DNA of 32,000 nt from Telmatocola sphagniphila (GCF_018398935.1 NZ_CP074694.1:1350001-1382000), one strand, 5' to 3'. Positions 1 to 9,077 are shown, counted from the first letter of the stretch. A program made the numbers and translations. Notes: generated from the sequence alone by a model not told the origin.

Positions 1-2
1 TG

Positions 3-803
3 ACCGATGGCCATTTCACCGTTCCTCGAGCGGCGGCGATCGATCCCCAGGGACGCCTATTCATCGTCGATATGCAAGCCAAGATTCAGGAATTTGATCT
101 GGACGGCAACCATCTTGGCGTCAGCTGGCACACCCCCGATTACCGTAACGGCCGACCCAGCGGATTAGGAATTGATCGGGATGGGAATGTCATCGTTTGC
201 GACTCGCATTATCATTGCATTCGCATCTACGATGCGACCGGTAAAGAGCTCAGAGTCATTGATGGAAACGGCGCGAATTTCGGCTACGTCAGCGATGCCC
301 TGCAGGATGAAGACGGAAATTTCTACATCTCGGAATTTGGAGATTTGGATCGCATCTCCAAACTGAATGCGGATGGCAATCTGCTGAAACATTGGGGGAA
401 AACTGGAATTGAGGATGGCGAGTTTAATCGCGTACGAGCCATGGCATTCGGACCAGATAAGCTCATTTACGTTGCGGATTCCTGCAATCACCGCATTCAG
501 GTTTTTGATCGCGAAGGAAAATGGATAAGAACATTCGGCACACTGGGATCAGAACCTGGTGAGTTCAACTACCCATTCGATCTCGCGTTTGATTCCAAGG
601 GCAAATTGATTGTTCTGGAGCGCGGCAACCATCGGGTGCAAAAGCTGACTGCTGAAGGGATATCTATTGCAACCTGGGGTGTCCCCGGACGCCAGCCCGG
701 AGAACTCAACGACCCTTGGGCTCTAGCGGTGGATTCAAAAGATCGCATTCACGTAATCGATACTAAAAATCACCGCGTTCAGCGGTTTCGCTTCGCGGAG
801 TAG
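3..803 (+). CDS. NHL-repeat beta-propeller protein (5' end lies outside the window)
   Basis: The frame is open from the window edge: TDGHFTVPRAAAIDPQGRLFIVD precedes the first Met at 72. NHL-like units repeat, e.g. GIDRDGNVIVCDSHYHCIRIYD, FGPDKLIYVADSCNHRIQVFD, AFDSKGKLIVLERGNHRVQKL, AVDSKDRIHVIDTKNHRVQRF. Confidence 0.8.
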   Translation, partial: TDGHFTVPRAAAIDPQGRLFIVDMQAKIQEFDLDGNHLGVSWHTPDYRNGRPSGLGIDRDGNVIVCDSHYHCIRIYDATGKELRVIDGNGANFGYVSDALQDEDGNFYISEFGDLDRISKLNADGNLLKHWGKTGIEDGEFNRVRAMAFGPDKLIYVADSCNHRIQVFDREGKWIRTFGTLGSEPGEFNYPFDLAFDSKGKLIVLERGNHRVQKLTAEGISIATWGVPGRQPGELNDPWALAVDSKDRIHVIDTKNHRVQRFRFAE

Positions 804-812
804 GATCAGTCG

Positions 813-3800
813 ATGTACTATCTGAACGATCACTGGTTGGCACTGACGCTGATAATCTGCGTTTTGCCAGGTCTGGCGATCAGCTTGCTTCGGCATCTCC
901 CGCTCCGTGAAGTTCTCCTTCGCTTCTGGTTTTTAATTCCGATTTGTCTGGCAACAGGGCATTTCATTTATCGCTACAGTTGCTCGAGTGCACCCGAGCG
1001 GGAAGATCTGTTTCTGTGGTGGGCCGGTGGCAGCGCGGCGTTATTGATTCTCGAATTGATCACCGTTCTGGCTTTTAGAAGGTGGTCTTTCGAACTTTTT
1101 CGAGCCAGTCTGCTTCTCTTCGCCTGTTCCCTCGGGTTTTTGGTCGATCCGATCCAGGGCGCTGGCAAATCGGCCTATCTGAACCTATTAGGGTTACGCT
1201 TTGTTGAACCGATATGGCTTCTGTTACTTTTGATTCTGATAGTGCTGGTACCCTGGAGCTACAAGAGTTTAAGTAGCCTCGGGGCCCGACGCCGCTGGAT
1301 CATATTGGGATTGCGTAGCGGCTTGATTGCATTCCTCGCACTGGCCATGGCAGAACCCCAGCTTCGAAAAATGAATGAAAATACGACGGTGCTTTTCGTG
1401 CTGGATCGAAGTCTGAGCATACCCACCGAATTTGACGGCAAAACGGTCGATGCAGCGGGTGTCGCCCAGGACAATCGCTGGAGGCGAATTCAACAATTCA
1501 TCAACGAAGCGGTAGGTAAAAAGGGACCTGCTCATCGCAATGATCTGACCGGGGCCATTCTGTTCGGAAAGCGGCCTCGTCTCGCACTTCCTCCCGCTGC
1601 CGTGGACAAAATGGTCGTGAGCGATAGCCTCGCGGGTCCGATTGATGGCCAGTACACAGACATCGCCTCGGCTATCAAGTTAGCACTCGCTTCATTTCCG
1701 GAAGGAACCGCCAAGCGAATCGTGCTGGTGAGTGATGGAAACGAAAATCTCGGGAATGCCGAAGAACAGGCGTTACTCGCTAAACAGAATGGCGTTCAGA
1801 TCGACACTGTGCTGCTGGCTCCGGAATATCACAATGACAACGAAGTGATGGTCCAGAACATAGAGACGCCTTCGCGCACGGCCAAAGGAGCACGACTTCC
1901 GCTGCGGGTTTTGATGCGAAATACAAATCCGAATAAGTCCGTGGAAGGAACTTTAGAACTAATCCAAGTCAAGGAGGGACGCGAAAAGGCGGTTCCCATA
2001 CAGCCTACCTTCGACGTTCTGGAAACCTCTCCAATCGGAGCGAAAGTTCGGCTTCGTCCTGGTCTGACTGTGTTCACGTTTCGCGATAAACTGGACGATA
2101 CTGGTAAGGAAATCGACTCGGCTTACAGCTACAAAGCGATTTTTAAACCGAACGAGGAACTGCCGGGGGATCGGATTCAAAATAATCGGGCAATTACTCA
2201 CATCATCGCCAAAGGGCAACGAAAAGTTTTGATGCTCGAAGCGGAAGGTGATGAAGAGGGAGCTTTCGCTCATCAATTTTTGATCGATCAACTCCGAGCC
2301 GCCAAATTTCAGGTGGTTCCGGTAAATGTCACCCGTTTGCCCGTGGATCGCAATGAACTATCGGTTTTTCTCAGTAACTACGATTGCGTGGTCCTTGCGA
2401 ATGTTCCCGCCGAGCTATTGACCCGAGATCAGCAAGAGACGATTCGAAGTAACACTTACGATCAAGGTTCCGGACTGGTGATGATTGGCGGTCCGGATAG
2501 TTTTGGGGCTGGGGGATATCAGAAAACGCCCATAGAAGATGCCCTGCCCGTCGATTGCGATATCAAGGCCATGAAGGCCGCGGGTAAAGGTGGTCTAGTT
2601 TTGATCATGCATGCCTCCGAACTGGCCGATGGCAATAAATGGCAGAAGGATATTGCCAAGCTGGCCATTCAGAAATTATCGGCCGTCGATATGGTCGGAT
2701 TGCTGTACTTCGGGGGCCTGAAAGCCAACTGGCATATTCCTTTTCAGACTGTAGGAACTGATCGAACCAAGTTTTACAAGTTGATAGATCGCATGGTTCC
2801 AGGCGATATGCCCGATTTCGATCCTCATCTCAGAGCGGCTTTTGAAACGCTTTCCGATCCAGAGTTGGGGTTGTCCACCAAGCATTGCATAATCATCAGC
2901 GACGGCGATCCTCAGTTGGGTGCATTGGGACTGAAAGCACTCCAGGGGATGAAAAAGGCTGGAATCACCTGTACCACGGTTGGGGTTGCGACTCATGGCG
3001 TGAATGAAAACAAACGCATGGAGACCATGGCTTTCGAGGCCGCCAAGGGCGGAAAATTCTACGAGGTCAAAGACGCTAATAAACTGCCCGCGATTTATAT
3101 CCAGGAAACGCGACGTGTCAGCCAATCTTTCATCTACGACGCTCGCTTTAATCCCAAGATGGTTTTGCGGGGCGGTCCGACGGATCAATTGGATACCAAT
3201 CTCCCCGATCTCTTCGGCTTCGTTCGTACCACTCGAAAAAATTCACCGCTAGTGGAAGTGCTTATCGAAGGGCCTCGAACCTTTGACCAGGTATTTCCTG
3301 TGCTGGCTGCCTGGCAGTACGGCCTAGGTCGCTCGGTGGCTTTCACAAGCGATGCCCGTTCGCAGCCGCAAAAAGTGGAAGGCTGGGATCGACGCTGGGC
3401 GGGATCGGATATGTATCGCAAATTCTGGGAGCAGGTCATCGGTTGGGCGATTCGCGGCGTGGAAACAGAGCGGCTCTCGATAGCCACCGAATACCGAGAT
3501 GGCCGCGTAAGATGGACGGTCGAAGCCCGAGATGAGGCAAATCAGCCGATCACCAATTTGCGATTGGATGGCGGCGTCACACAACCGAATAGTGGACCCG
3601 ATACCAAGCCGGCAGAAATTCGTTTCGAACAGAAAGCCCCCGGCATCTACGAGGCCGAGTTAAAGGCCGAAGAGGCCGGTACTTATCTACTAAATGCGGT
3701 CGCACGTCAGACGGTGACGACTTATAAAGGTCGATCCAAAGAGAATCTTTCCTCCAAGTTGATTGAGAAGGACGGCAAGCTCTTTCTGGAAGACGGGACC

Positions 3801-4526
3801 GAAGTCAAAAAAAATCCGGAGGGAACCCTGCTTTATGCCGACGACAATACTCCTGTCGTAGAGCAAAAGGCTGGTGAGAAAGTGGTCGACAGCCAACGCA
3901 CGGCCGTGACAATTTCTTATTCTCCCGAATTCAATGATCTGGAAAGCAATCCCGCACTTATGACCAAGCTGAGCAAGATCACGGGTGGAAATATTTACCT
4001 GGAATCGGATGCGCAGTTCAAGAAGATCATCAGCGGGGAAGAACTTTTCCGACCTGGATTGGCGACGAGCCGGAGCTTACAAACCGTTTGGCCCTGGCTG
4101 GTATTTCTGGCGGGCTGTACGCTACTGGCCGATGTGGGAACTCGTCGCATCAATCTCGACCCTCAAGAATTGAACACTTATGCCCGACAAGCCTGGAACA
4201 AACTTCGTACTGTTGAAATGGCTGAGTCGAAATCGGATGATTTCCTCAATCGCTTGAGGCAGAAAAAAACGGAAGTGGCCGAGACGATCGATCAGGGGAA
4301 ATCGGAACGAAAGTTCGAGGCTACCCCGGGAAATCCTGCCACTTACGTTCCGCCCCCTGGTGCCGATAGTATCTTGGATAACCCGGCGGCTCCCGTCCTT
4401 AAGCCTAAACCAGCGACCACTGAAACTAAACCGACCGACAAAACCGACGATTTCTTCAGCAAGTTGAAGAAGGCCAAAAAGCGGGCTGCTACAGACACCG
4501 ATAATCCCGAAGAGAATAAATCTTAA
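813..4526 (+). CDS. Giant BatA-like membrane protein: N-terminal TM bundle, vWA domain, GATase1-like domain, second vWA-like domain, C-terminal TM helix and Lys/Pro-rich tail
   Basis: 1237-aa ORF starting 9 nt after the NHL gene. It has hydrophobic N-terminal helices and a BatA_N-like segment (RRRWIILGLRSGLIAFLALAMAEPQLRK). The first vWA has an intact MIDAS DxSxS (VLFVLDRSLS, nt 1404-1418) followed by LVSDGNENLG. A GATase1/DUF4159-like stretch follows (CVVLANVP...GSGLVMIGGPDSFGAGGY). The second vWA-like block has a degenerate MIDAS (LVLIMHASE ... CIIISDGDP). A late TM helix is VWPWLVFLAGCTLLADV. Confidence 0.85.
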   Translation: MYYLNDHWLALTLIICVLPGLAISLLRHLPLREVLLRFWFLIPICLATGHFIYRYSCSSAPEREDLFLWWAGGSAALLILELITVLAFRRWSFELFRASLLLFACSLGFLVDPIQGAGKSAYLNLLGLRFVEPIWLLLLLILIVLVPWSYKSLSSLGARRRWIILGLRSGLIAFLALAMAEPQLRKMNENTTVLFVLDRSLSIPTEFDGKTVDAAGVAQDNRWRRIQQFINEAVGKKGPAHRNDLTGAILFGKRPRLALPPAAVDKMVVSDSLAGPIDGQYTDIASAIKLALASFPEGTAKRIVLVSDGNENLGNAEEQALLAKQNGVQIDTVLLAPEYHNDNEVMVQNIETPSRTAKGARLPLRVLMRNTNPNKSVEGTLELIQVKEGREKAVPIQPTFDVLETSPIGAKVRLRPGLTVFTFRDKLDDTGKEIDSAYSYKAIFKPNEELPGDRIQNNRAITHIIAKGQRKVLMLEAEGDEEGAFAHQFLIDQLRAAKFQVVPVNVTRLPVDRNELSVFLSNYDCVVLANVPAELLTRDQQETIRSNTYDQGSGLVMIGGPDSFGAGGYQKTPIEDALPVDCDIKAMKAAGKGGLVLIMHASELADGNKWQKDIAKLAIQKLSAVDMVGLLYFGGLKANWHIPFQTVGTDRTKFYKLIDRMVPGDMPDFDPHLRAAFETLSDPELGLSTKHCIIISDGDPQLGALGLKALQGMKKAGITCTTVGVATHGVNENKRMETMAFEAAKGGKFYEVKDANKLPAIYIQETRRVSQSFIYDARFNPKMVLRGGPTDQLDTNLPDLFGFVRTTRKNSPLVEVLIEGPRTFDQVFPVLAAWQYGLGRSVAFTSDARSQPQKVEGWDRRWAGSDMYRKFWEQVIGWAIRGVETERLSIATEYRDGRVRWTVEARDEANQPITNLRLDGGVTQPNSGPDTKPAEIRFEQKAPGIYEAELKAEEAGTYLLNAVARQTVTTYKGRSKENLSSKLIEKDGKLFLEDGTEVKKNPEGTLLYADDNTPVVEQKAGEKVVDSQRTAVTISYSPEFNDLESNPALMTKLSKITGGNIYLESDAQFKKIISGEELFRPGLATSRSLQTVWPWLVFLAGCTLLADVGTRRINLDPQELNTYARQAWNKLRTVEMAESKSDDFLNRLRQKKTEVAETIDQGKSERKFEATPGNPATYVPPPGADSILDNPAAPVLKPKPATTETKPTDKTDDFFSKLKKAKKRAATDTDNPEENKS

Positions 4527-4538
4527 GCGAGACGAACC

Positions 4539-5534
4539 ATGAGCAATATTACGGAACGAGCCTCCCTCTTTCGGGAAAAGCACAAGAAGCTGAAGCAGGA
4601 AATTGGCAAAGTGATGGTCGGTCAGGATGCCGTTGTCGAAGGTGTGCTGATGGCTATTTTTGTAGGTGGTCACGTGCTGTTGGAGGGAGTGCCAGGTCTG
4701 GGCAAAACGCTTTTAGTCCGAACGTTATCGCAAACGCTGGAATTGAACTTTGCTCGCATTCAGTTCACGCCCGATTTGATGCCTTCTGATATTCTCGGAA
4801 CGAACATCATCACCGAGACACCCGAGGGAAGGCGCGAATTCCGATTTCAGTCGGGTCCGATCTTCGCGCAGATTGTACTGGCGGACGAAATCAACCGGGC
4901 GACTCCTAAAACGCAATCGGCTCTGCTGGAGGCCATGCAGGAACATAGCGTTACGATAGCCGGCGAAATCCACCGCCTGAAAGAACCGTTTTTCGTGCTT
5001 GCCACTCAAAATCCCATCGAACAGGAAGGTACCTATCCCCTCCCCGAGGCGCAGCTAGACCGCTTTTTGTTCAAGCTGATTGTCCCTTTCTGTACCCGCG
5101 AGGATCTGAATTTCATCCTGGATCGGACAACAAAGGCAGATCATACCAAGCCTGAAAAAATCATGGACGGGAATGAGATAATAGAAGCGCAACAATTGAT
5201 TCGGGAGGTGCTAGTGGCCGGGCCGGTGCAGGATTACGCGATCCGGTTGCTGCTGGCCACGCACCCGAATAATGAATTCGCTCTGCCGATTACCAATCGT
5301 TACGTACGCTGCGGGGCGAGTCCGCGCGGCGTTCAGGCCATTATTCTGACGGCTAAGGTGCAGGCATTGCTGGAGAATCGATTCAACGTCAGCTTTGGAG
5401 ATGTTCGGAAAGTTTACCTCCTGGCCCTGCGCCATCGGGTATTGTTGAATTTCGAAGCTCAGGCGGAAAGTCTTTCGACCGATATGGTGCTTTCGCAAAT
5501 TCTGCAGGAGGTTCCGGAAGTCTTAAAGGATTGA
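4539..5534 (+). CDS. moxR: MoxR-family AAA+ ATPase
   Basis: 331 aa, starting 12 nt after the preceding gene. Walker A is GVPGLGKT (nt 4686-4709) and Walker B is VLADEINRA. Typical MoxR strings are present: ATQNPIEQEGTYPLPEAQLDRF and GASPRG. Confidence 0.92.
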   Translation: MSNITERASLFREKHKKLKQEIGKVMVGQDAVVEGVLMAIFVGGHVLLEGVPGLGKTLLVRTLSQTLELNFARIQFTPDLMPSDILGTNIITETPEGRREFRFQSGPIFAQIVLADEINRATPKTQSALLEAMQEHSVTIAGEIHRLKEPFFVLATQNPIEQEGTYPLPEAQLDRFLFKLIVPFCTREDLNFILDRTTKADHTKPEKIMDGNEIIEAQQLIREVLVAGPVQDYAIRLLLATHPNNEFALPITNRYVRCGASPRGVQAIILTAKVQALLENRFNVSFGDVRKVYLLALRHRVLLNFEAQAESLSTDMVLSQILQEVPEVLKD

Positions 5535-5560
5535 CGGGTGGTTCGAAAAGGGCAATAAAA

Positions 5561-5586
5561 AACCCCGGAGGAAAACCTTCGGGGTT
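5561..5586. terminator. Bidirectional intrinsic terminator between convergent moxR and the sigma gene
   Basis: AACCCCGGAGG (5561-5571), loop AAAA, CCTTCGGGGTT (5576-5586) gives an 11-bp stem with one G-T wobble. It is flanked by AAAAAA upstream (a T-run on the minus strand) and TGGTTGTT downstream. Confidence 0.75.
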
Positions 5587-5605
5587 TGGTTGTTATTAAT
5601 TCAGA

Positions 5606-7288
5606 TTAAGCGGGAATCTCCACACTGTGGGTCAGTGCCCGTTCTCGAAGCTGCTTCATACCCCGAACGTTGATCTGGCGAACGCGTTCTTTGGTAATTC
5701 CAAAGAGCTTGCCAATCTGTTCGAGGGTCATTTCCGCGGACCCGTCGAGACCGTTTCGCATCTTAATCACTTCCCGCGTTCGAGGGTCGAGACCATCGAG
5801 CAGGATATTGATCTTGCTGCGAGCAGTTTCCGCCTGGGCCAGCAATTCCTGTTCGTCCGAACGAACGTCGGCGCGAGCTTCGAAGACATCTTCCGCACCC
5901 GTGAGGTAATGCTCACGCTGCTTCTTTTCTTCGGGAATGCTACGGGCATAATTTTTCATTATGGCCCAACTGGCATAGGTACTGAATTTATTACCTCGTC
6001 CGTAGTCGAATTTTTCAACGGCACGGAGCAAAGATACATTCCCGTCCGAAATAAGTTCGAACAGGCTTTCCCCTTGCAGGGAGTGTTTTTTGGCAATGGA
6101 GGCCACCAACCGCATATTGCAATTGATCAGTCGATTCTTCACATCCTGAATTTTCAGGCGGAGTTCTTCCACCTGCCGCATTTCTTTGACGCGGGGTTGA
6201 TCCGGATTGATCGACTGTCGCAGCTTATGCAGCTTGTGTTTCAGGAAATTCATCAGTCGGAACTGATGAGCTTCCTGCTCCCGGCTTAACAGCGGCCATT
6301 CGTACAGGGAAGCAAGTTCGGCAGGAACGTCTTTGGGAGCTTTCATGCTCTTGCGGTCGGCCTGGAATTTTTCTTCCCCCGGCATGGACGCCAGGATTTC
6401 GTTTTCCTTCGTCGAGTCATCGAAGTCGGCATTGTATATGTAATCGACCGGTGTCTTGAGCAGAGACTCGGCTCGCACTTCATTCTTATCTTTGAACTGC
6501 GGATTCCGCTCCCGACCGTATTTCTTCGCAAGGGTGTTCATGGCGATCCCCTTCCGTTCCTGTGTGGTATCCTCAGTCATCGCAACCCCAACTGGTTTGA
6601 GGAAAATAGCCAGCGGGGGGTTCTCCTGATCGAAGTTCCGAATGGTATACCGGATAGCTTCGACCGATCTTCCTAACTGCCGGGCAATTCGGCGGCTCGT
6701 TTCCGTGAGCGATGCGCCGGCCCGGGCAAATCGTCGGGCATTGTGGAGAATCTTGTCTTTCTCCGACGTAGTCAGATGAGAAAATCTGCTACTCCTTGCC
6801 ACGCGATCCTGGTGTTGATTCAAAAACGATTCGACGATCGATTGCGGGAAAGCCAACTGTCGGCGACCATTCATGATCACCCGATTGCCAACTAGTCCAC
6901 GAACCCGCCATCGACTGATCGTCTTCGTGGATACATTAAATTTTCTGCTGATTTCTTCCAGCGTGAGCATCGGTTCCCGGGCTTCTTCAATCGGAAGCGC
7001 GGGAATCGATCTTTCGAGCATGCGGACGATCAGATGAAGATCGTTCTGAAGCTCGATACCTTCGATGAGCAAATCCGCATGGGTTTTAGACCGGTAACCA
7101 GTGATTCGAAAGCAGACGTACGCATAAGGGTAGGTCGACCCAAGTTTCACTTCTCCCAGAAGCTTTTGCGCCTCAATCAACTGCTCATGACGGCGTTCCA
7201 CGGGAGCGTATCGCACCTGCTGGTCCGCCAAAGCTTCCAATTCTGAATGCTTGAAGGTATTCACCGGAACCGCTCCTGGGTGGTCCAT
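5606..7288 (-). CDS. Sigma-70 family (RpoD/SigA-like) RNA polymerase sigma factor with a ~320-aa N-terminal extension carrying extra HTH modules
   Basis: The C-terminal ~235 aa carry region 2 (NMRLVASIAKKH...DGNVSLLRAVEKFDYGRGNKFSTYASWAIMKNYARSI), region 3 and region 4 (LDPRTREVIKMRNGL...MTLEQIGKLFGITKERVRQINVRGMKQLR). The N-terminus has an excisionase/MerR-like HTH (LTLEEISRKFNVSTKTISRWRVRGL) and a sigma4/LuxR-like HTH (SLTETSRRIARQLGRSVEAIRYTIRNF). Confidence 0.9.
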   Translation of the reverse strand: MDHPGAVPVNTFKHSELEALADQQVRYAPVERRHEQLIEAQKLLGEVKLGSTYPYAYVCFRITGYRSKTHADLLIEGIELQNDLHLIVRMLERSIPALPIEEAREPMLTLEEISRKFNVSTKTISRWRVRGLVGNRVIMNGRRQLAFPQSIVESFLNQHQDRVARSSRFSHLTTSEKDKILHNARRFARAGASLTETSRRIARQLGRSVEAIRYTIRNFDQENPPLAIFLKPVGVAMTEDTTQERKGIAMNTLAKKYGRERNPQFKDKNEVRAESLLKTPVDYIYNADFDDSTKENEILASMPGEEKFQADRKSMKAPKDVPAELASLYEWPLLSREQEAHQFRLMNFLKHKLHKLRQSINPDQPRVKEMRQVEELRLKIQDVKNRLINCNMRLVASIAKKHSLQGESLFELISDGNVSLLRAVEKFDYGRGNKFSTYASWAIMKNYARSIPEEKKQREHYLTGAEDVFEARADVRSDEQELLAQAETARSKINILLDGLDPRTREVIKMRNGLDGSAEMTLEQIGKLFGITKERVRQINVRGMKQLRERALTHSVEIPA

Positions 7289-7304
7289 CGTTTCCGGTAA
7301 GCCC

Positions 7305-7405
7305 GTCTAAAGGTTATTCTTTAAATTGCCTGGAATCTTTCCCGGCTGCGTAGAATACTTTTGGACTCAACCTTTAGACGCGAACTTACCAATCCAAGGT
7401 TCGCG
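7305..7405 (-). promoter_or_regulatory. Putative structured 5' leader of the sigma gene (two adjacent stem-loops)
   Basis: There is a perfect 11-bp inverted repeat, GTCTAAAGGTT (7305-7315) and AACCTTTAGAC (7369-7379), with a 53-nt spacer. It is directly abutted by a 9-bp stem, CGCGAACTT (7379-7387) and AGGTTCGCG (7397-7405). The proximal arm ends 16 nt from the ATG at 7288. The transcription start is unknown. Confidence 0.35.
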
Positions 7406-7763
7406 CTACGGGGAATATCTATGCAAAGCTCGTGCCAAATAGTCTGGTCAGCTTTTTTTGGTCGCCACCTAAAAAAATAGGCGGTATTTGCTGACTTTCC
7501 TGATTACAAGGCGGATTTGTCTATAAGACGTTTGTATTATTGTTGTTTTGAATCGCAATTTTGATGGTCAAATTTACAGTCTTTCCTGTGCAATTTTGCA
7601 TGCCAATGAGAATATTTGCACACTCTCATTTTGAGTCGAATCCTGCTGCAGCGGTCGTAGCGAGTGCCTACCTCAGAATCTCTAATTGCTTTTCGGGATT
7701 AATCCTGTCGCCTCCCCGGACAAGGTAAAATGCAATGTTCGCCCGGATTCTGTGAGAGATCTC

Positions 7764-9077
7764 ATGCCTCGACTTCATTTCCTAACGGCAATAAGTGTAA
7801 CACTCTGGTTAAGCTCAAATGCAATATCTCAAGAGACCTACCTCCTAAAAGAGTCCTTTGAAGTCGGTACCGCATATCGGGTAGCAACCCGCTCTCAGCT
7901 CAGCGGCAGTATCACCATTCCCGTGGGAGAGGGAAAGCCTGCCAAAACCGTTCCCATCCGGGGACTTTGTACCACCAACTATTCCGAAGAAATTCTTCCA
8001 GACGACAAAAAAATTGCCGAGCGTAGAACGCTTCGAATATACGAAACCATCGATTTCCGCAAAGCGGTAGCCGACGTAGATCAGTCGATGCGACTCCGTC
8101 CCGCCATCAAGCAAATGGTCTTTCTGGAGAAGGAAGGAAAGCGACTCCCCTTTTCCCCAGCCGCACCGCTGACCTGGAATGAAATTGAATTTCTTCGCAC
8201 TGAAACCTTCGTTCCAGCTTTGATGGGGCTGCTGCCTGGCAAGGAAGTGAAAGTACTGGATACTTGGAAGCTTCCCAGCGAAACCGCTCGCGACCTCACA
8301 GATCTCGAAAAGGTGGAAGATAACAACTTGATCGGTCGCTTCGTTCAGGTAACCACTCTGAATGGCCGTCAGGTCGGCGAATTAAGCCTATCCGGGTCCG
8401 CACGTGGGGTCAATGAAGATGGGCCGACAAAGCACACTTTGAAAGGATCGGTCTTTTTTGACCTTCAAAGCAAAGTCATCACCTATGTTTCCATTCTGGG
8501 AGAGCAGCATTTATTCGATTCAAAGGGAGAGATCAATGGAAAACTCGAAGGTCGTTTTGTCCTCACTCGTGAGCCACGAGAGGCCTTTTCACTTAGGAAA
8601 ATTGCGGCGGTCTCCGCTTCAGACATTCTGCCTAACGAGTCGAACACCCGACTGCTGTACGAGATTCCGGAACTCGGTTTCTCCTTCCAATATCCCCGAC
8701 GCTGGCATATCAATCAAACTCGAGGCCGACAGATCACGGTCGATGAACCAGGCGGTAGCGGGGTCTTATTTACGATAGATCCGATGGCGAAGTTGCCCTC
8801 CGCCGAGCGCTATCAGAAGGAAGTTTCGGATTTCTTCCGGGATCGCAAGGTGCCGATCCGGGTCGTTAACCCGATCCATAAGTTCACGGAGTTTGCTAAT
8901 GCGGCTCGATTCACCCTGGAAGTGCAGGAGAGCAACGCTCGACCGACCTTGGATTACTATGTGATCGCCGGGAGAAGTTATGGGGCGACTGTTGCGGGTC
9001 GAATTGTGGGGGCCGATTCGGATGCTCTGCGAAAAGATGTCGAAACCATGGTCCGAACCATAAAGTTCAAAGACTAG
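7764..9077 (+). CDS. Hypothetical secreted protein
   Basis: The ORF is open from TTG 7686, but ATG 7764 gives a clean signal peptide (MPRLHFLTAISVTLWLSSNAISQE). I recognise no catalytic motif. The C-terminal ~130 aa (FSFQYPRRWHINQ...VLFTIDP...FTLEV...YYVIAG) weakly resemble a DcrB/PsbP-like fold; this is a low-confidence inference. Confidence 0.7.
   Translation: MPRLHFLTAISVTLWLSSNAISQETYLLKESFEVGTAYRVATRSQLSGSITIPVGEGKPAKTVPIRGLCTTNYSEEILPDDKKIAERRTLRIYETIDFRKAVADVDQSMRLRPAIKQMVFLEKEGKRLPFSPAAPLTWNEIEFLRTETFVPALMGLLPGKEVKVLDTWKLPSETARDLTDLEKVEDNNLIGRFVQVTTLNGRQVGELSLSGSARGVNEDGPTKHTLKGSVFFDLQSKVITYVSILGEQHLFDSKGEINGKLEGRFVLTREPREAFSLRKIAAVSASDILPNESNTRLLYEIPELGFSFQYPRRWHINQTRGRQITVDEPGGSGVLFTIDPMAKLPSAERYQKEVSDFFRDRKVPIRVVNPIHKFTEFANAARFTLEVQESNARPTLDYYVIAGRSYGATVAGRIVGADSDALRKDVETMVRTIKFKD

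Noticed and set aside
4122-4673. 183-aa minus-strand ORF spanning the giant-vWA / moxR junction.
   Set aside because: It is antisense to two well-supported genes and crosses their intergenic spacer, so it is a shadow ORF.
5627-6289. 220-aa ORF antisense to the sigma-factor gene.
   Set aside because: It is a shadow ORF opposite an unambiguous sigma-70 core, with no motifs or start signals.
7686-7763. Upstream TTG extension of the 7764 gene (MLFGINPVASPDKVKCNVRPDSVRDL...).
   Set aside because: ATG 7764 yields a canonical signal peptide at the very N-terminus. The extension would bury it behind 26 non-hydrophobic residues.
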